From the NCBI RefSeq assembly GCF_000150275.1, contig NW_002060943.1, positions 12,865,968 to 12,929,967 of the forward strand: 64,000 bases of DNA. Reading direction: 5' to 3'. Below the pieces are notes generated by a model. The model was not told where the DNA came from. It worked only from the letters and a program-made list of their open reading frames with translations, and ran no database searches. The position numbers and the translations under genes were made by a program. The stretch comes from Trichoplax adhaerens. Taxonomy: Eukaryota; Animalia; Placozoa. Below are positions 25,977 through 39,549 of the stretch, one piece after another (the first letter of the stretch is position 1; each line of letters opens with the position of its first letter).

Positions 25977-27346
25977 CGCTCGTACACTGTACTTAATCTT
26001 CCCTTTAAAGTTATTTTATATCTTTCTTGCTATAGCATCATTAGCATCGCTTACAAGGCTTCTTTACTATATGCCAATTTTCATCAATGATGTCCATGCT
26101 GAGAACTGAATGAAGCATGATACAAGGTTCATCAATCATTTTTTCTACTTTGACGCGTGTATCACACCTTCTTCGTCGTTTCTTAAACTATAGTGGATGC
26201 GATTGTTGCGATACATTAACTCAGCAATACCTCGTATGATCGTTATTAAGATGCTCGTTGTGACAGAGATGTTGACCTTGATATGGCAAAGTTATTTTCC
26301 ACCATGCTAGATTCCAATCCACGCTAGGGTACTCATTTATAGTCATATTGCTTCAAAACTTGGACATGGTTATAATTGTCATTCCAATTCTGTACGACTG
26401 CCACGAAACCTTAGCAGATATTGGCTTGGAGGCTCCTTTGGTAATGGTTGATGTGATCAACTTTAAATTGCCACTTAATGAAGAATATTACAATACTCTG
26501 TTCAAATTAGTTTTCGTAAAGTTTGAAACTTTCCTAGGATTCGTAATTTTAAAAAATCGAATCTAATAATTTATTCTTTTAACTGCAATAAACAGAATCT
26601 CTAACAGGTGTAAAATAATTGAATCTGTGAAACTGTACCATTGCAGTATCAAATGCAATGTAATCCTAATTTGTCATTCCAATTCCTGGACCAAATATAC
26701 TAACGGCCATGCAGACCAATACCAGCATTATTTACATTTCATTCATACTATTTGTTTTCGTTCGTTGGATAACCTTGTAGGGGTGCTTAAATTTCTTTTA
26801 ATCATGAAAAATAGTCTTACAGTTAATTATCTCTGTAAAGACCTGAAATTCATAACCTCAATAGATGTTCAATAATTTTAAATAAATTGCAATATGTCCT
26901 GTTCTAGATAGGGTCATTTTACTAATGAAATATCTCCGATCTCGAATCTCGCGCAATTTAGTAGTATATTAATAAAACTCTGGATGTATCTGACATCTAT
27001 CCTTCGTGTGATGGATCTAGTACTATTACTCAATCATTGCGTTATCAGGTGTATTATGGGTAAACTCCAAATCGTGCATCATTCCTTCCAGTTTCAACAA
27101 GGTAAATAATAAGCCGCACAAGAAAGAAAGTAGCTACAGTAGTTCATGCAGCTTTGGACAACAAGAAACCCTTTATAAGCCTACAGCAAAATAAATCTAC
27201 CCCTTCCAAGTATGATCTATGAGCCTTACAATACTGGATTAAAACGCGCAAATTTTTTTATTTAATATACGCAATGTACAGTATATTATCATACATGATA
27301 GCTGTCGATATGTATACAAAAATATGTATGTAACGATGTAGTCATT

Positions 27347-30300
27347 TCAGGTTCCGAAAACTTTCCTTTCCAAAACAGGCGGTAGACTCTCCAACATTGA
27401 AAAAGGAGGTATCTCCACTACGTATATACTACCATCAGACAAGTAATCTGCATGCAAAATAAGCTAAAAATAAACAAAAAGACCCATCAATATGAGGATA
27501 AAGAGCTTGAGTATTTGTCATTTCTTACAACTAGGAGTGACAATCCGTAGCTTACAGGATGATGTTTTTAACATTCCGTAAAAAATATTTAACCTTCTCA
27601 CCTTATATCGATCATATATTACAAAATTATCTGCAACAGGAGACAAATCAGAAACGGCTTTACTTCTCTTTCGCTTCCTCTTTTTGGAAGATAAAACAGC
27701 ATCGACCGAAGGAATGGGCTAAAGACATAAAGATATTTAAACTGCACTATTGCAACAGCGTAAACGAACATGCGTACTATAGTATTGCAAACAGTAATCG
27801 AAAGATGGAAATTATCAAAGTCTTTACCTTGACAAGGTCAATGAAGTACAGAGCCTTACAATCATGTAACATGATACGAGAAGAATTACTTGGATCGAAA
27901 GTAATATGAACCATAACTTCACTTTTATACCAATCCTTAGGCATGCTACGCATAATGCATTCCTTTGACCATTGGGTCAGCTCTTTTTCATCACAGTCGT
28001 ACAGTTGAATCTAAAGTATCCATTTCATGCATAATAAAACAAAATTAATGCACCATTCAGATACCCAGGGCAAATCCACAAAATATTCATAATTTAATAA
28101 CCTGATTATTAACACAGGCAATTGCTAATATATGACTATCTGGTTGGAAAGATACGCATGCAGGCTGAGCATCAAATCTTGGTACTTCACAATATTTCTT
28201 TGAAAGAACAAGACAGTATTAGTAGGCCATCAAGCCGAAGATCCATTGTATTAAGTGACATTTACGTAACATCAAACCTCTTCTTCCGATACATCGAATA
28301 CAAATATCTGGCCAGAGCTATCGGCATAAGCGACCAAATTAGTGTCGCAGCTACAGCAAAGGGATACACCAGGTCCAAAATCTGCTTAAAAATTTATCAA
28401 GACATATAAAACTAGAAATAAGATTATAAAATGTACGTTACAGACATCAATATTTCACTGCAGATCCTACCCTCTATATCATTTTGAATATTATATTCCA
28501 ATTGAAGAGAGACGCCTTCTGGTCTGAGTTCCAATACCTGGACGAATTACCAATTAACGATCACAAGCTTGTACGTATAAATAAATATGATCAAAAAGTA
28601 AACCAACCTGAATAATACCATTTGTGGTTGCGATTATTAATTTACAATCATCCGATGTAAAGCACATTCTATGAGCACTTTTTACGGCCGGTCCTAAAGG
28701 AACCTAACAGGTTCATCACGTACATGAAAAATTTTAGCGTTTGGTTTCATTGAACAGATCCAGTTAAAAAAGTATCATCTAAGTACCGATTTAACCACAC
28801 TGGCCGTTTCAGAACTATTCCTATCCTGCGTTATGTTAAACAAGAAAAAAATTTAATGTCGTAGCGGTAGCAATTATTATGATAATTGAATGTCTTTATA
28901 TTCCAAAAAAATACCAGTTCCAGTTTGTACAATTTAATCCGCTTGCAGTCAGAATACACAGCCCACTTAGCCGACGGCGAAATAGCACTGCATACAATGT
29001 TGTTATCACCCTAGAAAATGTTGCTAAATAAGCACATTTGTATATTTCATAATGTACGTAAAAAAGTGCAAGCCTTAACAGTAGATTTGCCTTTGATTTT
29101 ATCTCTAATAACATTAATGGCAATTCCTTCAAGGGTAATTTTGTGCCTGAAGTCGCAGCAGCAGTTGTAGCTGTAACCAAGATACACAAATTCGGTAATT
29201 GTTACAAGAAGCATGACATTAAAGGTTGCCAATATAACACCTCATGACATGATAACACAGGAACATATTAGCAATTAAGTAAAAAGTAAATTGATTTATG
29301 TAACTCACTCTCGGCCGATCCTAAAGACCAAAATTGGAGTGAACGTTGCTTTTGATAGAGGACAATATTATTCTTAGCTGCATGAGAAACTACGGGATAC
29401 TGAAATATAAAGAAGGCAACTTATTTGTTCAATGCGCACAAATACATCACCACCTAAAACTAGAATAATGAAAGTGATTTGCTTAAATTTACTAAACGAA
29501 CCTGTGGAAATGGTACCACTTTTATAGGTGGTTTCAATCCAAAAGCATGACTTTTATGCATTACAAGGCTACCATCAACCCCTTATTAAAAATTAATTAT
29601 TGAAAGTTGTCAGAATACGCGTAGTACAAAATTCTTCAGTTATAACTATTCAGCCGCATAATAAGATTCTACCTCCTGAAATTACCACCCAATTGTCAGT
29701 TTTAATTTCAGCCATAGCTAAAGAGTTGACATCATGAGTATGACCACGAGTTGAAAATCCGGATCTTACCCATTTAACCGATTTTGAATCCTATATTTAA
29801 AGAAGTTGATTGTTAGTACTGTCATTTCGATTGAAATTATTTCTGCTGGCGTTATTAACAAAATCAAATTCACTTAAAAGAACTGGTATTACCTTGGAGG
29901 CAAAGGATTGGTACTGCACAATCGTATGGTCTACTCCACTAGAATAGAGTACATTTTCAGACTGAAACACAGCGATATTGAAAGTTAGTACAGTGATTAT
30001 TATAGTAAAACTGATCTTCAAGTAAAAAGAGGAGTTTCAATTACCTTATTCAGACATAGAGTCAAAGCATCTGCTTGATGACATTGAAATGCCTAGTAAT
30101 GCGGGTACGAGTAATTAGTTTACACACTCGCAGTTTGGAGGTATTACATTCCATTTTAAAGATTATCACGTCTTCACTATGACAAAACAATTGGTAAATC
30201 TGCAAAGACTGTTTACAATACTTTGTTAATTTCTTACGGAAATTAAGGTGCCGAAATTTCCATTCCAAAATTGTATTTTGCCTAAAGAGTCCGCACTAAT

Positions 30301-32438
30301 GATGGTTTTGTCCCTAATTTGATTCATTACCGGGTGCGCAAATCATTAATGTTGGAAATTACATCAATACCATTGATTGATCTTATAACGATAATCATAC
30401 TTCATTATGGTTACTGCCCATACAACCGTCGATTTTTTCTGAAATTCATCTAAAGTTATTCTCATTTTGGAAGTACCTAGCATTGTCATAATTCAAATAA
30501 CGAATGGATTTTATACCTTAATTATATTTAACGTGATTTCTAATACATACATATACATGACAGTCCACATATACTGTAGTAACTGTGTGAAGTTTTACCT
30601 GTGCTAACATCCCAAATCCACATCATACTTTTATCTGTTCCAGTTACAATAACATCGTCATCATAGCTCCATGCAAGCGATACGACTTGGCATTCAAGTC
30701 TAATGAATACTTTCTCTAAAGCTAATTCCGGATCAACAGCAAACAATCTAACAGAACCATCCTGACAGCCGATCTAATCAGTTTTGGGGGGAAGTAAAGT
30801 TTATCTTTACTTCTAATGATTGCTTTAAAACGAATATTTGAAAAGAGATCTCTTGCAGATAGCAGAACTTTATTTTACCGCTAAAGTTGTTTTGCTGTGA
30901 TTGCATGCCATACACCAAATCGATCCAGCTCCAGACGCAGTACTTGCCTATTGATGACAGGGAATAGGTTAGCAAAGTAGTATGCTTGATATTCTATTGC
31001 ATACTACAGTATTATATTTGGTATCTCAAAATGGGACTGATCAAATTTACCGTCAACAAACTGTGTATTACTGGTATATGATATAACCAATCAGCCATGA
31101 CTAACACTGTTTATCTTATGGACGTTATCCATGTTGCTAATACAGTACCTTCATTCTTAATCGTTTGATATCCCATTCTGCAATACTCCCGTGAAGACCA
31201 GCAGAATAAAGGCGGCCGTTGATCCACAATAACGACCTAAGAGATGTTCCAGTAATACCAGGAATAACCTAACAATACATGAATGAAATATCAAGCGAGA
31301 AATCAAGTACAATCACCTACTTTCCCTGCATAGCTGAAGGTCTAACTACCCTACAGTATACTACGTTCAGGCTAGGAAATGGAATAAATCACGAATAACT
31401 TTCAATAATCTCGATTATCAGTTTCATTACCCCTTCTTGGAACCATCTATCAAGATATCTCCAAATTTCAATGCTACCATCCGATCTAGTCATAAAATAA
31501 ATATCCCACCATCAGTATCTTATTCCTTATTGTCGATCAATACATTAAGCAAATGCTACTGTAGTAGCAGAAATATCCCATTTGGCCTGTCAAATTAGAG
31601 TTGGTTCAAGCGTTGACATTGGCCATTTTTAAGCAGAGCTATGTACGTAGTACCGCAATGCATGGCGTGATATTTACATTTCAATGTACAGAGCAATTCA
31701 AGGTTTCATTTTAGTTGATGATGACAGAAATACAGATTGTATCAACAACTGAAGCTCGACTATGACTAAAATCATTCAACCAGCTGTGTCAGCACTCAGT
31801 AGGAAAATTGACTGTACAAGTTGCTTTATCCATTTCATTTGATAGTGCAACGGCCCAATTTCCACGTAACAATATTGATACAGGCATTGACGATAATGAC
31901 AATGACAATACTGTATCGACCAGCTACAGAAGAATTGGGAAGAAAAGTTTAATTTTGTCTGCACAGTGCACAATCAATGCTTGTACGGTAAGGGGCAGGT
32001 ATTCGTGGACGCAGTCCATCTAGTCCACGCTATCGCTTGACAAAACTTGGCAAAGCTGTATTACCATGGTCCTGCTGTGAAGAAATCGTCACAGCTATAT
32101 CAGTATTTCATGGCCGCTAAGTCATTCTAACCACAAACAGACAAGGCTGGTTCTAGTTTGCAAGCGATCGTACGAAACGAATGGATCCATCCATGATCGT
32201 CTTCGCTGATGAGGCCGAAATCCTCTTTGCTGACATCTCTGATGGCCGATGGATCGACTAAATGAGCCGATTGCACGTTGATCAACACTCATTACCTGGC
32301 TAATGCGAGCTTGAACGGTTTTTCTACTTCATCCACAGCAATCCATTCAATGCTTTGAGGTATAAATTGCATAAATCGTGCACGATGAACCATTTGATTG
32401 CATTTGCCAGCATTGGCCTGATTCCGATCGGACTCCAT
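27347..32438 (-). CDS. UTP4: UTP4/Cirhin, U3 snoRNP WD40 protein, multi-exon
   Basis: Exon 1 (32438-32296) ..VHRARFMQFIPQSIEWIA..LALAR. Next exon SDGSIEIW, then GRLYSAGLHG and WD40 exons (VVSLAWS..IWDV; YSSGVDH; RGHTHDV). The C-terminus YVVEIP..LPPVLERKVFGT* is typical of UTP4. Confidence 0.92.
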
Positions 32439-32965
32439 GATGAGCACTAGGGCAAGGTAGCCAGGGTAATGCAGCCGTCGACTATCCATCGTCACCACAC
32501 CACACATGCTCGGATGACGCTGAAATATAGTACTGTGCTTCAAACCGATACTCTGGGTTAGTCTCCAGACTAGCCCAATCGGCCGTTACCCTATACGATC
32601 AGTCTAGCCATGTCGTGACGTAACATGGGTACTGCACGTCACCCACCATGGAGTGAATCGCCTCACCCCCAACACCCGGTGCTGGGGCTGAGGCCGAAAT
32701 GAACCGCATAGTTTATCACTATAGTACTACTGGAACACGGGTTTGTCTCGCCAAAGGATGACCAAACAGCTGTGCGAGTCTGTTACTGTGTCAGCTGTCG
32801 TGCGCTTCCTCGTGGATAGAACCAGTTTGGATCGAGTTAACCCCCCCCCTACCCCCATTTCAGCCCTTGTTAACCCTGGCCGGTGTTTAGGGGTGGTCAG
32901 AAAGACATTTGGAAACCCTTGGAAACCATGGCTGCAAGTGTGGAATTCTAACTTTAGGACATGGA
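32439..32965. promoter_or_regulatory. Bidirectional promoter region between UTP4 and Angel
   Basis: Divergent starts ~530 bp apart; GC-rich; CRE-like TGACGT/ACGTCA at ~32616 and ~32636; several inverted repeats. Confidence 0.6.
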
Positions 32966-35900
32966 ATGACTGCCACTCGTTATGCTAGATATTGTTCTCA
33001 TCTAACAAGGATGCAATCCACATCAGGTGCTATTCGAGTAGTTGTAATTATCATCAGTGAATGGATGACATGGATAGGCAACCATTGGGGTCGAGTAGAT
33101 GATCAGTTGTTGTTGAAATGGGCCATTTGAATTGGACTTGGAGTCCAAAGTCATCGTAATGGACGATAGCTATCCATCGTTCTAGGACTAAATGGAGCTA
33201 TAGTTGAAATAGACTATTTTAATCCAGCCTTCATTCAGATTATAGTTATAGTATAACAGTGATCTGACAGTGAGCTAGAGTTGAAATGGACCATTTGAAT
33301 TCGACCTGAATTCAGTCTACTGTAAAGGTTATACTATCATGATAAAATGCATCTTTCAAATCATATCTCAATTCGGTCGCAAGTTGTATTTAATTCTAGA
33401 CGATAGATTATTTTAAAGCTAAATGGAGCTTCTCTGATCTTTATTTAGTAAAATATCACGCTATGATAGACTATTGTTCACTGTAGCTATAAGTTCGATC
33501 ATCTATCTTGATTTTATTACATGAATGATTCTGGCCTTGTAATGAATTGTAAATTAATTCCTCCCTTTCTTCAGTACTTTCTGTCAATTCATCCAACGTC
33601 ATTTCACTATATTTGTCAGGTGATAGCCGTATACAAGAAGATATACTCGTACTATTAGGTAGCGAGAACAAGTTGGTGACAATTTAGGCACATTTCATAA
33701 GGTGTATTGACAGTTTGGAAACCCCTAAACCACAACTTTCACTGTGATAGCTACCTCTAGTTAGACAGTTATTGATTCTCTGATATGATTTAGTGTATTG
33801 GAGTCAGCGGTTACTCTACTGTTAATCCGGCTAGTTTAGCGTTAATATCGCTACGATCTGCATTGAACGAGTTATAATTCATATGAACTGCACCATAATA
33901 TTCATTTCATCAACGCCCTTATAAGGGCCTCGTTGTAACACGATGTGGTTCGATAGGCTATGTTATGGTTCGTCAACTCGAGTAACAACTAGTAGTAATT
34001 AATCTTAAGCCATTCCACGAGCTAGTTTAAATGTAGATGATCTCTTTCACTACACAGAAATCCAGTCCTACAAGCATGCAATCCATCGGTTATGTAATAC
34101 GTGCCTAATATTAACTTCACTACGAGCTATATTTTAAACGATGATATGTTCACTTACCACATACTATCTTCACTTTATTATTTACATAGCGTATATTATA
34201 TACCTGACTCTGTCATCAATAAGTTACGGGTGTATTAGTTACCATGGCGGAATAAGTTCAAATATATTTATAAAGCGTAAGACAAGTGAGATAATATATA
34301 ATTAGCCAGATCATGCTGATACTAGCATCGATGATGGTAATCCTTAATGAAGCAAAGTGTAATGGTGTACGCTTAAATGGAACTACTAACTAGTATTCAT
34401 AAATGTACAGTCTATTTGTACACCCATCATTCAATATCCCAATTAATATCTATGTATTTTTCTATCAATCAAATATGTCGTTATTGATGCAGGTTTAACA
34501 ACGCAAGTTTATAACCTGGCTGGTCAAGTACCGACGAGGAAATGGGTTAATGTACCCGGAGTACATTTTGGCGACAAGGACAAGAAATTATTCGACTTTA
34601 CTATCTTGTCTTATAATATATTAGCAGATAACTTGCTATGGAAACATTCGTATTTATACAACCTTTGTCCTCCTGAAGCATTACAATGGGATTTTAGGAA
34701 AGAAAAAATCATTAACGAACTCTATCAATTAAATGCAGATGTATGTAGATTCGGTTAGAATTAGCTATGAAAACTTATTCTACAATACTACATTGATGTG
34801 TTTTAGAACGCCTGTGCTTTATGGAGACAGACCAACAGTTTTTCTACAGCTGTATATTTACCATTTTATTTATTATAGCATCTCTGTACTGAAATGTAGT
34901 TATATAATTTTACTTACTTGAAAGAACGTGATGTATACAATAGAGTAATGTTGCGTCATGTCTAATAAATAATAGGGCAATCTTAGTAGCATAAGTGTAA
35001 TACTTGGCTAATTATAATTATATGCAAAATTCATAAATAATATATAGTGTTAAGGAATTAATTAATCAGCTGTCCAGGTCACACTTTATCGCTATTCTAA
35101 CAGATTGTATGCCTTCAAGAAGTACATGATCAACATTATCATAACTACATTAAACCCATGATGAAAAGGAAAGGTATGAATATTTCATGTATGGTATTAA
35201 TGTGATTGATCTTAAAATTTGTAAATTACAGTATCTTCGTTGCGCATTACTTGACTATTACGCGATAAATGTTCTTCTAAGTCAAATTCCATCAATGCTC
35301 CTGATAATAATGTCAAAAAATATTAAGAACATTTCTCCATAACAGCGCCCTGATGTAACTGTCTATACTGAAATTATTGCATTTAGCTATTCTTATGCAC
35401 TAGATATTATACTATTTAGCTCTATTAGGGAGGGTTAACTAAGGAAGCATTTCTTCTAATAACATTTATGTATTAGGATACATTGGAGCCTATGAAAAAC
35501 GTTTTGGAAATAACTTCGACGGTTGTGCAACATTTTTTAAGAAAACTAAATTTAACATGGTGCAACGCTGTCGCGTGGATTATCACGTCAACGGTGTCTC
35601 TTTAATGGATCGCGATAATATTGGGCTTATAGTTATGTTAGAATATCGAAATCCAACATCAAATAGACGCCATGGTCAAAGTAATCATGCTACCGAAGCG
35701 AGTGGACTGTCTGAGCCTAATCTTAAGCTTTGTATCGCCAATACTCACTTACTTTATAATCCCAAACGTGGAGACGTAAAATTAGCTCAGTTGACGAAAT
35801 TATTTGCTGAAATTAATAACCTTACTAGTAATACAGGAAGGATGCCATGCGATCATGCTAATTGCGCTACTTCTAATCAGGATGTTGGCCAAGCATCTGC

Positions 35901-36459
35901 CAATTGTCCTGTAATTTTATGTGGCGATTTCAATAGTACCCCAACTAGTGCACTTTTTCAGTTTATCTCTGAAGGTCATTTAGTTTATGACGGTTTAAAT
36001 CGAAAGACATTATCAGGCCAACGAAAATCAAAAGTACGCTATTCTGACGAATATGGTGACGGATTCAACCTACGTCGTGGTGCACTGCCACCATGGGGAT
36101 TGAAAATTAGCAATTATTGCAAATATGATAGCGATTGTGACATTGAAACTCACCAAAATTATGATGCACTATTTCATCACTTAAATTTGCGTAGTGTTTA
36201 TCGGTATTTAGAGGATTCTGTGACGACAGATTCACAAGCCGTAGACTATATTTTTTACTCTACTGATGCAGCTTGTAATTCCACAGATGTTAAAAACAAT
36301 CAACCCCAGGTTTCTCATCGAATTCAACCCATAAACTATTTAAATTTGTATTCTATGGAAGATATGGAGAAAATGCAATTTTTGCCTAATTTTCAGCTAG
36401 CATCAGATCATATATCACTAATAAGTAAATTAAGGTACTTTGAAAGTAAAGTCGAATAG
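32966..36459 (+). CDS. ANGEL: Angel homolog (CCR4/EEP-fold RNA 2',3'-cyclic phosphatase), 4 exons
   Basis: Exons: 32966-33026 (putative, phase-compatible), 34493-34740 (ILSYNILA..LQWDFRK), 35104-35173 (IVCLQEV), 35477-36459 (DGCATFF, RDNIG, IANTHLLYNPKRGDVKLAQL, ILCGDFNS, VDYIFY, SDH). Confidence 0.9.
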
Positions 36460-36885
36460 CAGTATTATGAACTTCTGTTGCAAATTAATAAATTCTTTGT
36501 CATGAATCTTTATCAATCCATTATAATGTCCGCTATTGTAAAAGTTTAGCAGTATGATAAAATACTGCACAACAAGATTGAGCATAAAGCAATAATTATT
36601 GAGATTTTATTTACATACGCTCTTACCAAAGGAAAATTCTAATTGTAAAAGTCATTGTATAACTAAAAGAAATCTATTACTGATGGATTCGTAAATGTGT
36701 AATTAAAGTCTTTCATTTTCCTTGGTCGCAATTCATTACAATTTTTTTAATTGAAATAATGGTGTTGATATATAAATTAAATATTTAATAATTTAATCAA
36801 AATAAAATATTAATTCGAGTCCATTAGAAATAGCGCCGCGTTGATATTGATTTTATATTAAAATGGATGTTATCTAAGATTGACT

Positions 36886-38822
36886 CTAAATTTTAATTTG
36901 ATACAAAACAGGTTGCCTGTAAAAAGTAAACCGAGATGGTAATTAATCGAGGACAGTACAGTCAATGCAAGAATTCAGATTGATTAGTAATAACGTTACA
37001 CACTTTTTGGTCTTATTTTTGTTCGTTGCCTTGGTTTCCGATGAATTATGATTTTGGGAAGATCCGTAAGGAGATTTCTGACTTTTGCTTGAAGTTGCAA
37101 TCTTAATTTCTGAATACATCTAATAAGCCATTTGAATGATTATTATGGAATAATTAGCGCATTAGAAATCATTCGGAAATTAAAAAATTATTATCATAAT
37201 TTAGACCGAAATCAAATTATTAGTTGTGACACCTTAGTTTTAATTTGTTTGGAGAATTTTTCCAACGCTTTTCGAACATTATCGGTGGAGGACTTTTTGT
37301 AATTAATCGCTACGTGCTGTAAGGATAAAAAATTCCTCTTAAAATGTAACGAATAAACAGCAAAGAAATAAATCAAATGACAGCCATGGGTATATTTCAC
37401 GATATTAACTACTCATGAAAATCGCTTGTACTAGAAATAAACCAAATTTACCTTCCACTTAATAGGCTCGCAGCTGTGCACACTATGATCTACAGGTAGC
37501 CCAATTTTAACTTTTTCCAATTCATGATAGCCTAATACAACAGAATTCGCGTATGGTTCACTTTAAGAAGGGATAAATATTTTTGATTGTATGATATAGT
37601 CTACAACAATGTTATATATTTGTATGAATAAGAAATTACGAGAATAAGGATATAACTACAATATAGCCCCAAATTTGTTAAGCTTATATATCAAAGTTGA
37701 CTAACATTCTTCATAAGATGTTTTATACTGTTGAATTAGATCCATAAGCGATCTATATATTAATGGTTTATACATCAAAGTTCTTCGTCTACTTAATCCA
37801 AGAGCTCCGTATCTGCCTGAGTAATGAATCCCTAAAACAACATGTCTGACGTTGATAAACAGGAAAGTTAATGATTAAGTTAGTTCTTAAAATTCGTCAG
37901 TTACAAGCAGCGGTTAAATTAGAAAAATTATTCGAAAAGTAATACCTGTGATGATGAGAATTAAAACATGATTTAAAGGATATAGGAAAGCGATCAAGGC
38001 CTTCTAAGCCACACGTAAAATAGCTGCAATGAAAAAACAACGTAAGATGTAGAGATGAATAAATATACGAATAAGTACATAATATTCTCCTATTTAGTTT
38101 TATATGTGAATACTATAAACTACTAGAACTTACATGGAAAGAATTACTGCCTCTAAGCATTTAATTGGTAGCGATTCTTTAATCATATCTTTTGCAATCT
38201 CCATCAGTCTGTCAAAATGAGTAAAACATAAATCATAGCTTTGCATCCAGTTTCATTTCTTAAAATCGAAGTATGTAAATAAATTTCATCTTAAATTTAA
38301 AGTCTAATTATTACCCTGACATCGGTCTACTCTTCTTAATTTCGAAAAATTGTAAACCAGTAAAGTTGTAACTATTAAAACAAATATCATTTCATCATGT
38401 TTAGGTCTAAGTAAGTATTAAGGTAAAGATTAGATATACTGTACGAGATGTCAACAAGATCCTTACTGAAGATCAGAGATATAATTTTGAATACAAATAA
38501 TTCGCTCCTCTGTTGTCATTCCCGGTGTAATTGTGGGTGCTATCGGGACAGGAACCTGATGTATATTAATTTATATGAAATTACACTTTTCTACACGCAT
38601 TGAAGCTTTACGATAGTTTTAAATCATCTTTCAAAAGGCTAAGTATATTTTAAATTCTACTTTTGATAGAGATCGGTTTCCTCGGATTTGATTTTCAGCC
38701 TCTTCACCTTTTGCTGAATGGTGACGCTTGGTGTGCTTCCATAATTTGTGCCAATATTCCTGCTGTATAGGAAATCCACCGCGATTAATATAAAAATTAA
38801 CGTCTTCGTCGTCACTTTCCAT
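36886..38822 (-). CDS. VASH: Vasohibin (tubulinyl-Tyr carboxypeptidase), ~10 exons
   Basis: Exons give FYINRGGFPI..W, ISDLQYNFTGLQFFEIKKSRP, SLPIKCLEAVIL (catalytic Cys), DRFPISFKS..HRHVVLG (catalytic His), YGALGLSRRRTLMYKP, KVKIGLPV..IKWK and the C-terminal YQIKI*. Confidence 0.93.
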
Positions 38823-39549
38823 CGAAAACTTGTGCTCTAAATAAAGCAAAAGTGTAATATCATATCTATGTCTGCTCTTACTGTGTCCAGACATGAAATT
38901 ATAGTGTTTAAATTGTACAATGAATTCTTGTAGCTTATTTGATAGAAAATTAAACTGCCTATCTTTCGTTTTCGTAAAAGTAACATTTAAAATGATCTTA
39001 TTACTATTAAATCACAGTATTCACTTATGCAAAATTTAGGCTTTAAACATGGAGTCATTCGAGCACTTTAGTATTGAAAGGTCATGAGGAAGATTTAGGC
39101 TGTTTAAAGAATTATTACATCCGCTATTTCTTTTTGTATAACGTTATCATAGATATCTGTGGAAAGAACTTCCACTCAAACTAATGAGATCAATGCTACC
39201 TTCTACGTAGGTTAATTAAAGATATACGCTAAATCTTATGGAAATACAACAAAATAATAGTCTTAAGGTAGCATGCTTTCAGGAAAAACTTTTTTAACAG
39301 TTAAGAAAAAGCGTGAATACTAGCACGACATGTATGATCGTTTATTTCGAATAAATATCATCCTTAGACTTAAACAGAAAGGTTTTCAATCAATCTATAA
39401 TCTTTGAAGCATAATATAAAGCTATTGAATTCAATATGAACGGTTAGATATCAAGAAGAAATTGAATGTGTGTATTTCTAACGATCAATCCTATCATTTA
39501 GCTCATTCTCTTATAACAAATGCTGAGTCGTGAATTTGGTAACTACTAC

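Noticed and set aside
32206-32220. Hammerhead-ribozyme-like CTGATGAGGCCGAAA in UTP4 intron 1
   Set aside because: Stem II cannot form before a GAAA, and stem I does not pair at either flanking GGATC candidate cleavage site.
32868-32880. Possible telomerase RNA template TAACCCT
   Set aside because: Too short, with no recognisable pseudoknot, CR4/5 or H/ACA elements.
37974-37983. U12-like ATATCCTTT on the minus strand
   Set aside because: Lies inside a vasohibin exon (codons for ISFK), not at a splice junction.
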